Positions 25,112-35,204 of a DNA stretch of 64,000 bases are shown here, in pieces. Made by a program: the position numbers and the translations under genes. Within the stretch, counting starts at the first letter, position 1. Every line of letters begins with the position of its first letter. Source of the DNA: Malacoraja senta (lineage: Eukaryota); NCBI GenBank assembly GCA_038087875.1, contig CM075991.1, positions 3,162,001 through 3,226,000 of the forward strand, given 5' to 3'. The notes under the pieces were generated by a model, which saw only the letters and a list, made by a program, of their open reading frames with translations, did no database searches and was not told the origin of the DNA.

Positions 25112-28100
25112 ATACATAGATACATAGAAAATAGGTGCAGGAGTAGGCCATTCGGCCCTTCGAGCCTGCACCGCCATTCAATATGATCATGGCTGATCAT
25201 CCAACTCAGTATCCCGTACCTGCCTTCTCTCCATACCCCCTGATCCCTTTAGCCACAAGGGCCACATCTAACTCCCTCTTAAATATAGCCAATGAACTGG
25301 CCTCGACTACCCTCTGTGGCAGAGAGTTCCAGAGATTCACCACTCTCTGTGTGAATTTTTTTTTCTCATCTCGGTCTTAAAGGATTTCCCCCTTATCCTT
25401 AAGCTGTGACCCCTTGTCCTGGACTTCCCCAACATCGGGAACAATCTTCCTGCATCTAGCCAGTCCAACCCCATAAGAATTTTGTACGTTTCTATAAGAT
25501 CCCCTCTCAATCACCTAAATTCTAGCGAGTATAAGCCAAGTCTATCCAGTCTTTCTTCTTATGAAAGTCCTGACATCCCAGGAATCAGTCTGGCGAACCT
25601 TCTCTGCACTCCCTCTATGGCTATAATGTCCTTCCTCAGATTTCGAGACCAAAACTGTACACAATGCTCCACGTGTGGTCTCACCAAGACCCTGTACAAC
25701 TGCAGTAGAACCTCCCGGCTCCTATACTCAAATCCTTTTGCTATGAAAGCTAACATACCATTCGCTTTCTTCACTGCCTGCTGCACCTGCATGCCTACTT
25801 TCAATGACTGGTGTACCATGACACCCAGGTCTCGCTGCATCTCCCCTTTTCCTAATCGGCCACCATTTAGATAATAGACTTCTTTCCTGTTTTTGCCACC
25901 AAAGTGGATAACCTCACATTTGTCCACATTATACTGCATCTGCCAAACATTTGCCCACTCACCCAGCCTATCCAAGTCACCTTGCAGTCTCCTAGCATCC
26001 TCCTCACAGCTAACACTGCCCCCCCAGCTTAGTGTCATCCGCAAACTTGGAGATGTTGCCTTCAATTCCCTCATCCAGTTCATTAATATAAATTGTAAAT
26101 AGCTGGGGTCCCAGCACTGAGCCTTGCGGTACCCCACTAGTCACTGCCTGCCATTGTGAAAAGGACCCGTTTACTCCTACTCTTTGCTTCCTGTTTGCCA
26201 GCCAGTTCTCTATCCACATCAATACTGAACCCCCAATACCGTGTGCTTTACGTTTGTATACTAATCTCTTATGTGGGACCTTGTCGAAAGCCTTCTGACA
26301 GCCCAGATACAACACATCCACTGGTTCTCCCCTATCCACTCTACTAGTTACATCCTCGAAAAATTCTATAAGATTCGTCAGACATGATTTACCTTTCGTA
26401 AATCCATGCTGACTTTGTCCAATGATTTCACCACTTTCCAAATGTGCTGCTATCCCATCTTTAGTAACTGACTCTAGCAGTTTCCCCACTACCGATGTTA
26501 GACTAACTGGTCTGTAAATCCCCGTTTTCTCTCTCCCTCCCTTCTTAAAAAGTGGGGTTACGTTTGCTACCCTCCAATCCTCAGGAACTACTCCAGAATC
26601 TAAAGAGTTTTGAAAAATTATCACTAATGCATCCACTATTTCTGGAGCTACTTCCTTAAGTACTCTGGGATGCAGCCTATCTGGCCCTGGTGATTTATCG
26701 GCCTTTAATCCATTCAATTTACCCAACACCACTTCCCGACTAACCTGGATTTCACTCAGTTCCTCCATCTCCTTTGACCCGCGGTCCCCTGCTATTTCCG
26801 GCAGATTATTTATGTCTTCCTCAGTGAAGACGGAACCAAAGTAGTTATTCAATTGGTCCACCATATCCTTGTTCCCCACGATCAATTCACCTGTTTCTGA
26901 CTGCAAGGGACCTACATTTGTTTTAACTAATCTCTTTCTCTTCACATATCTATAAAAACTTTTGCAGTCAGTTTTTATGTTCCCTGCCAGTTTTCTTTCA
27001 TAATCTATTTTCCCTTTCCTAATTAAGCCCTTTGTCCTCCTCTGCTGGTCTCTGAATTTCTCCCAGTCCTCTGGTATGCTGCTTTTTCTGGCTAATTTGT
27101 ACGCATTGATACTATCCCTGATTTCCCTTGTTATCCACGGATGCACAACCTTCCCTGATTTATTCTTTTGCCAAACTGGGATGAACAATTTTTGTAGTTC
27201 ATCCATGCAGTCTTTAAATGCCTTCCATTGCATATCCACCATCAACCCTTTTAGAACTAATTGCCAGTCAATCTTGGCCAATTCATGTCTCATACCTTCA
27301 AAGTTACCTTTCTTTAAGTTCAGAACCGTTGTTTCTGAATTAACAATGTCACTTCCATCCTAATGAAGAACTCAACCATATTATGGTCACTCTTGCCCAA
27401 GGGGGCACGCACAATAAGACTGCTAACTAACCCTTCCTCATTACTCAATACCCAGTCTAGAATAGCCTGCTCTCTCGTTGGTTCCTCTATATGTTGGTTT
27501 AGATAACTATCCCGCATACATTCCAAGAAATCCTCTTCCTCAGCACCCCTGCCAATTTGATTCAACCAATCTATATGTAGATTGGTCACCCATTATAACA
27601 GTTTTGCCTTTGTTGCACGCATTTCTAATTTCCTGTTTGATGCCATCCCCAACTTCACCACTACTGCTAGGTGGCCTGTACACAACACCCATCAGCGTTT
27701 TCTGCCCCTTAGTGTTTCGCAGCTCTACCCATACCGATTCCACATCCTCCAAGCTAATGTCCTTCCTTTCCACTGCGTTAATCTCCTCTCTAACCAGCAA
27801 CGCTACCCCACCCCCTTTTCCTTTCTCTCTATCCCTCCTGAATATTGAATATCCCTGGATGTTCAGCTCCCAGCCTTGGTCACCCTGGAGCCATGTCTCC
27901 GTGATCCCAACTATATCATAATCATTAATAGCTATCTGCACGTTCAACTCATCCACCTTATTACGAATGCTCATTGCATTGAGACACAAAGCCTTCAGGC
28001 TTGTTTTTACAACCCTTATACAATTATGTTGAAAACGGGCCCTTTTTGATTTTTGCCCTGGATTTGTCTGCCTGCCACTTTTACTTTTCACCTTGCTACC

Positions 28101-30070
28101 TATTGCTTCCGCCCGCATTTTACACCCCTCTGTTTCTCTGCTCACCCATTAAAGAACCCCACCACCTCTTATTCTGTTTATTATTGTTTTCTTCTTTCCC
28201 CCCTACATGTTGGGTCTGAGTGCTTTCCTTCTCTGCCTCCTGCCTCACACACTGTCTAATAGCTTTCTCTATTTGAGTCCCTCCCCCCAACCATTCGAAT
28301 TTAAAGTCTCCCCAGTAGCCTTTGCAGATCTCCCCGCCAGGATATCGGTCCCCCTCAGGTTCAAGTGCAACCCATCCTTTTTGTACAGGTCGCACCTTCC
28401 ACAAAAGAGGTCCCAATGATCCAGAAATTTGAATCCCTGCCTTCTGCACCAGTCCTTCAGCCACGCATTTATCCTCCACCTCGCTCCATTCCTACTCTCA
28501 CTGTCGCGTGGCACAGGCAGTAATCCCGAGATTGTTACCTTTGCTGTCCTACTCTTTAACTCCCCTCCTAACTCCCTAAATTCTCCTTTCAGGAGCTCTT
28601 CTCTTTTTTTACCTATGTCATTGGTACCTATATGTACCACGACCTCAGGCTCCTCTCCCTCCTCTTTCAGGATATCTTGGACACGTTGAGACACATCACA
28701 GACCCTGGCACCAGGGAGGCAAACTACCATCCGGGTCTCCCGACTGCGTCCACAGAATCGCCTGTCTGACCCCATAACTATAGAGTCCCCTATTAGTATT
28801 GCCCTCCTCTTCTTTTCCTTACCCTTCTGAGCAACAGGACCGGTCTCTGTACAAGAGGCCCGGCCACTGTCGCTACCCCCAGGTAGGCTGTCCCCCCCAA
28901 CAGTGCTCAAACAGGAGTACTTATTGTCAAGGTGTACAGCCACCGGGGTACTCTTTAGTCCCTGCCTGTGCCCCTTGCCTCTCCCAACCATGATCCACTT
29001 GCCTGCCTCCTGTGGTCTTGGAGTGACCACCTCCCTGTAACTCCTCTCAATGACTTCCTCGCTCTCCCTGACCAGACGGAGGTCATCGAGCTGCTGCTCC
29101 AGGTTCCTAATACGGTCCCTTAGGAGCCCCATCTCGATACACCTGGCGCAGATGTGGACGTCTGGAGGGCTATCAGACTCCATGACTTCCCACATCTGAC
29201 ATCCAGAACAGTAAACTGCCCTGGCCCTCATACTCCCCTTACCCTGGATACAATACATCTGACATCCAGAACAGTAAACTGCCCTGGCCCTCATACTCCC
29301 CTTACCCTGGATACAATACATCTGACATCCAGAACAGTAAACTGCGCTGGCCCTCATACTCCCCTTACCCTGGATACAATACATCTGACATCCAGAACAG
29401 TAAACTGCCCTGGCCCTCATACTCCCCTTACCCTGGATACAATACATCTGACATCCAGAACAGTAAACTGCCCTGGCCCTCATACTCCCCTTACCCTGGA
29501 TACAATACATCTGACATCCAGAACAGTAAACTGCCCTGGCCCTCATACTCCCCTTACCCCGATACAATACATCTGACATCCAGAACAGTAAACTGCCCTG
29601 GCCCTCATACTCCCCTTACCCTGGATACGATACATCTGACATCCAGAACAGTAAACTGCCCTGGCCCTCATACTCCCCTTACCCTGGATACAATACATCT
29701 GACATCCAGAACAGTAAACTGCCCTGGCCCTCATACTCCCCTTACCCTGGATACAATACATCTGACATCCAGAACAGTAAACTGCCCTGGCCCTCACACT
29801 CCCCTTACCCTGGATACAATACATCTGACATCCAGAACAGTAAACTGCCCTGGCCCTCATACTCCCCTTACCCTGGATACAATACAAAACAAACTGCTAC
29901 AATACAGTACAATCAGCAGGGATCTGGCTCCCAATCAGCTGCTCCCTCTTGTCTGCTTCCACCAATCGGCGGCTTCCTTAAGCGCACTTGTTTTTGAAGT
30001 GCGAGTGGAACTTGAAACGTTACAGATTTGGGTTCCTCCTCCCTCTGCGACCGACCGCTCGAACGGCTCT
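25112..30070 (-). mobile_element. Near full-length CR1 LINE in the intron after the TM exon
   Basis: ORF1 28269..29579 (Zn finger, coiled coil, GDS/GTND/DGLH esterase); ORF2 pieces 27540..28145, 27320..27589, 26010..27293 (FADD), 25559..26137; tail near 25112. Frameshifted. Confidence 0.95.
29192..29883 (-). repeat. Tandem array, 11 copies of a 63-bp unit spanning the CR1 ORF1 start
   Basis: Units start at 29192, 29255, 29318, 29381, 29444, 29507, 29569, 29632, 29695, 29758 and 29821 (one unit is 62 bp); each encodes MRARAVYCSGCQMYCIQGKGS. Confidence 0.97.
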
Positions 30071-30336
30071 CGGGCAACGCCACCCAGAATGTAATCATTG
30101 TCAACGCGAAGAAGTCCTACTGACGCAGCATGCTTTAGATCTTCCTGATGTTAATATCAATAGCTCGTTTATGCAATTAGACATTAGTCCGTGCAGCGGG
30201 ATTCTTCGATGTTTCTGCTCACCAACACTTCACCTTGATTATCAACGCGTTACCATTTTGCATCTTGTTCACAAAGGTTAAACTGTTAAATTCAAGTCTT
30301 GCATGGTCAGTAAGTTAAACCCAACCGTTTCTCCAG

Positions 30337-30447
30337 CAGCTGCAGATATTAGTGGCAGGGGATCACCGATCGGCTTTTACCAGGCAATTTATGAAGAGAT
30401 TGAGGATTTTCCTGCTGCCAATAATTTCAGCCAGACACATGATTCAG
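30337..30447 (+). CDS. CD163/WC1-like receptor, cytoplasmic exon 1 (YQAI-YEEI)
   Basis: ttctccag|CA..TCAG|gtgagt, 111 bp, phase 1; GFYQAIYEEIEDF. Confidence 0.88.
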
Positions 30448-30940
30448 GTGAGTATTTGCACCTGACATCCACTTTTGAAAGGATAAATGTGGCCTCATTT
30501 CCAAAAATCGCATTAATGATCACTTAATAAAGAGAAAACAAAAACAACAGATACGTCATGCAATAAAAACAATCTGCTGGAGGATCTCAGCGATCAGGCA
30601 GAATCTATGATGGGAAATGGGCAGAGGGGCTTGGTGTCGGGACCCTTCATCAAGAGGACCACGTGGAAACAGATAATAGAAAGAAGCAAGGGGATGAGGT
30701 GGGGCAAGATCTGAAAAATGAGAGGTATATCGATAGGCAGGGGGGGGGGGTAATTTGCAGATGAGTGAATTTGGGGGAGAAGAGTGGAGGTCGACACCAA
30801 GGCTGGAGGTGATAAGCGGAGACATGGAGAAGTCAAAGGCAGCAGAAGTTGGAATCAGAAGAGAAAGAAAAGTGCAAGTAAAATATGGAACCTGAAATTG
30901 GAAGTTTAATAACTGTCGCTTGTGCTGTGTTGACTTTTAG

Positions 30941-31051
30941 TCTCTGGTTCCATTGATTCCATCAATCAACTCGAATATTACACCAGCGACCCTCTGGATG
31001 GTTCTCTTCTTGCACAAGAACATCCCGAAGGAAACTCCTCCAACGTTCACG
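30941..31051 (+). CDS. CD163/WC1-like receptor, cytoplasmic exon 2 (LEYYT)
   Basis: acttttag|TC..CACG|gttggt, 111 bp, open in phase 1: VSGSIDSINQLEYYTSDPLDGSLLAQEHPEGNSSNVH. Confidence 0.75.
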
Positions 31052-31494
31052 GTTGGTACAAATTTATTTTTTTTCCTCTTTTTCTTATTTTATTTCATTC
31101 TGCCTGTGATCAGAAACGAACATAGAAATGTGTGCGATAATGTCCGCCGAGAATGAGTGGGAAAAGATCTCAAGGTGTTGGAAAAGATTTTCTTTCCGAG
31201 AGAACAGTGATCGAGTTTGAATTTGAAGAAACATCTCTCGTCTGTAACCAGCTGTGTGATTGAACAAAACATTCCATGTTTCTCCTTTGACACACAATGC
31301 GTTGTAGGCCTTGCTGTGTGAAATGAATGCGCAGGCTTGATGCGCGATTAATTAGTTCATCGCCACAAGAAGGCTCAAGATCCTCTCTCCTTCCAAATCC
31401 CCATTCACACGATCAACAGAATCTCTCATCAGGCGGAGCTTGCTGTACAATATTGACTTTCAGGACCATAATTCTGGCTTATGCTTCCTCCTAG

Positions 31495-31626
31495 ACCTGG
31501 TTCCTGACGACTACGACGATGCCGAGAGTAAAACCATCGCTTCTCGGGGTTGTCAGTTCTCGATGGGCGCTGGCGACGATGACCTTCTGAAGATCACAGT
31601 TGCCGGCGATGATGTCGACAATGACG
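31495..31626 (+). CDS. CD163/WC1-like receptor, cytoplasmic exon 3 (PDDYDDAE)
   Basis: ttcctcctag|AC..GACG|gtgagt, 132 bp, phase 1; DLVPDDYDDAESK. Confidence 0.85.
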
Positions 31627-32082
31627 GTGAGTTCAGTCTCTTCCATCACACAGTAACCGGGCATGTGTGGAAAATCGTTCCACGGATTGAGTTTTTCTGT
31701 ATTCACTTCCGTGCTTCAAAGTTTTCATGAAATGAAATACAATGTTCCGAGAAAGCAGCCCACGAGCAGTTCTGTTCTCACTCCAAGAAGGTGACACTCC
31801 CGACTGTAATGTCGACCACATGCCTATTAGATAGTACATGTTCATGTCGGCTTTTGTTTTCCATATACTGTGTTGTAGACCTGCACTTGAATGGAGGTAG
31901 AAAACAGAAACCATTCCCAGTCGCCGTGCACCAACAACGGGTCCTTGTACATAACAGAATTATACACAATCTGTCCTGATGATTTTTCCAATGTCGCCGT
32001 TCTTCCATAATTGGACAAACCTCGCCATGCGATGCCGTCTCTCACGCACTGAGATTCCTGTCATTCTTTATCACTCCCGCAG

Positions 32083-32237
32083 AGCGGACTCCGCAGATTC
32101 TCCCCGATCCTGCTTTCCCGGCTGCCTGCTCTACAAACAGCAATGACCACCTTCACTGCGGCACATTCACTGTTCCTGCCCTTGCAGCACCCATTCGGGT
32201 CGATGATTCGTTTCCATGTTTAACATCAGAGCCATGA
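32083..32237 (+). CDS. CD163/WC1-like receptor, last coding exon (stop TGA 32235-32237)
   Basis: tcactcccgcag|AG acceptor, open in phase 1 to ..CLTSEP*; donor gtaagg at 32243. Confidence 0.65.
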
Positions 32238-33087
32238 AGGCGGTAAGGAAAACATTTCATTGTTTGCTTCCTCTGTCTGTATCCCGACACCAGCGATGTG
32301 TGGGTTGGGAGTTGTGCAATTCAGGATGCATTTCCCACCGAACAATGAGGATTATGGTGAAGTATCAGTGACGCTATACGAATTAAATTTATCAATGAGA
32401 ATATTGCAGATACTTGCGTTGAAAAAACAAGTTACGTTTACATTGCCTCCACATGATATCATGACGCCGGTATCTATTAATTTTCAGGAAATACTTTCCG
32501 TATGCTTAGACCATGCATTGGTAATTTAGAGGCTTTAATGGAGACAATATTATCACGACTAGTTCTATTTAACTCCATTGTACATTTTAGCTTACGCAAT
32601 GTTTTTATTCCTCAGGTACTTTCTTCCAACGCGATTCCTGAAGTGATGAAAAAGGTTCTGCGTTTCATTGGACAGCACATACCTCTCACCTTTCCAGCAA
32701 CATGAACAAGCAGATCTCCATTGCATTGCCTTCACTCGCTGTATAATCACAAACACACATATTGATTGGTTTTGAGATCATTGCATTTGATGTTTGTCCG
32801 AGAGCTTGCATGAAAACATCTTTATTCTGCTAATGCGCACGTGTGGGAAACTGACTGGATTTGTAGGAAACCCATGGAAGAGAGATCAAAGTTACATTTA
32901 TTCAATTGTAAACAATTTATCGGAATTTGTCTTTTTGAGCTTTTTCCAATATTCGGCATAATTGCTTAAGACAGCACGGGAGATCAAATTAATACAATCT
33001 CGGTTTTACCACACCTTACATTGTTCTGGTTATGGTCAGTAATATTTTTTCATTCTTACCGTGTTTAATGGAAAGATCGAAAAACGT

Positions 33088-33093
33088 AATAAA
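33088..33093 (+). promoter_or_regulatory. Candidate polyadenylation signal of the SRCR gene
   Basis: AATAAA followed by a GT/T-rich tract, at the end of a putative UTR exon starting after tttttattcctcag (32615). Confidence 0.55.
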
Positions 33094-33189
33094 TACTTTG
33101 GATGATGTTTGATATTAATGTGTTTTTATTTTGTCAAGAAACAAGTGTCTCAGAGAGACTGAAACAACACCCATTAGTTTTTTTGTAAT

Positions 33190-34620
33190 CTTAAAACGAG
33201 AAGAGGACATATCAGATATCCTGGAGTGGAAGCATTATCTTGGGAGCAATTGGAGAAGAGGCAGAGAGAGTAAGAGATGGAGACCTTGCAAGAGGCGTGG
33301 GTGTAGGTGTAGTAAAGACAGCTGTGAGAATCAATGGGTTTCTACTACGTGTCGGTGGATATTCTATTCTATCCCCTGTGATCGATCCAGAGATCTCAAG
33401 AGACTGGAGAGAGTTATCACAGATAGACCAAATGGAGTTTAGGGCTGGGTCGAAATTATTAGTGAAATTGACGCAATCAATCAGTCCCTGTGTACAGGAG
33501 GCAGCCCAGACACAGCCATCGATGTAGCAGACACATGTTTGGAGATTCTGCGGGTTATGTGTAGAGCAAAGAGCATTCGCTGTAATCAACGAAAGGACAG
33601 GCATAAATGGGCCGATGCGAGTATACATGCTACACTTTTGACACGGGAAAATAAGAGAATCCAAAAGAAAGCTTGTTGGGTGAGATATCCATCAGGTGGA
33701 GCAGAGGAAAAAGGCAAAAACTCTGCGGATCAGGCAGAATCCCCATAGAACATAGATAGGCGAGGTTTCAGATCGGGATTCTAGTTCCGACTGATGGTAG
33801 TGGGTGGGTTGGGGAGCTATAGGGAGGAGGGACAGGGCAAGTCTGGCAGGTAATAGGTGGATACAGGTGATGGTGGAGGGTGGGGGTATTTTGCAGGCAG
33901 ATATTTGGACAAAGGCCAGAGATGAAAAGACAGATGTGAGACACAAGGATTGAAGAGTTATGAATTTAGAAGCTTGGTCTCGACCCTGGAGCAGAATGTT
34001 AGCTGAGGGAAACTGATTGGTTATCTGTTCGCGGAAGAAACGGAGACCCCGAGGCCTTCCTGGTGGGGAATAAACCTGCAAAGGAACTGGACTATAACGA
34101 CTGGGCAACGGGGAAACGGGTTTTATGCTGTGGAGGCGTCACTGGTTCAGTGTCAATGGTGAGCATAGGTGTGTCTGAGATCTGACGCCTGGCCTCAGCA
34201 CGCTAGAGGTCAGTCTACCAGATTACGACAGCACTTCCCTTGTCAGTGGGTTTGATGCTAAAATTGGGAGTAGTATTGAGTAAGTCGAGAGCTGTGTGGG
34301 GTAGTGGAGAAATAGCGATGGTCGATGTTGTGGTGGCAGTAGGAGATCAAACGGCCGAGAGAGGTTAGACGTCTGGCAGGGGTTGTCCAGGGGGAGGAGT
34401 ATTTGAGTCGGGAGAAGGGTGTCATCAGTGCGGCCGAAATAAATAGGCATGCAGGGGTAGACGCTGGACATCATGGCGCCTCGGGACAGATCGAGGAGTC
34501 GGCGTATGGGATGCAAACATATCGCCTCTGCTGAGGATTGCTATGTCAATGGGTCGTGAAGAATTAATGTAAACAGCTCTATTGCAGATATAGTGCTCGG
34601 GGAAGTTGACACGAGCCATT
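33190..34620 (-). mobile_element. Degenerate Penelope-like element fragments
   Basis: RT-like YIDGCVWAASCT..NFTNNF (33212..33664) and sequence complementary to the + strand PLE at 35.2-37.5 kb. Confidence 0.7.
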
Positions 34621-34807
34621 AAAACTGATTAGCTGATTGGTGCTTGTCATTACAAGGGGGTCATTTTTTAATAATCTTCTCACTTATCGCGATTCTGGCA
34701 ATTTGTTCTATCACGATCTGCCCAAGACCTTAATATTGAGGTGTCGCCATCGTTAACAGGTGAGCCTTAAGGACGCAAAACAAAAAAACTCTGAAATAGA
34801 CACAAAA

Positions 34808-35048
34808 TGTAGTTGAGGCCAGTTCATTGGCTATATTTACTGCCGCAGAATTTAGTTGAGGCCAGTTCATTGGCTGTATTTAAGAGGGAGTTAGATGTGG
34901 CCCTTGTGGCTAAATGGATCAGGGAGTATGGAGAGAAAGCAGGTACCGGATACTGAGTTGGATGATCAGCCATGATCATATTGAATGGCGGTGCAGGCTC
35001 GAAGGGCCGAATGGCCTACTCCTGCACCTATTTTCTATGTCTATCTAT
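34808..35048 (+). mobile_element. CR1 3' end with short internal duplication
   Basis: TAGTTGAGGCCAGTTCATTGGCT occurs twice, then the CR1 3' UTR/tail. Confidence 0.85.
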
Positions 35049-35204
35049 GTTAAAAAAAATACTGGAGCAGCTCAGTGGGACAGGCAGCATCTCTGGATAG
35101 AAGGAATGGGTGACGTTTCGGATCGAGACCCTTCTTTAGATGTGTCGGTGACGATAACAACCTCAATGATTGTTCCACTGGTTCTTCCCCTTCCCCCTCA
35201 AACC

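Noticed and set aside
29192..29883. CRISPR-like or RT-associated repeat-spacer array
   Set aside because: Units are head-to-tail with no variable spacers, derive from the CR1 ORF1 start, and no cas-like genes are present.
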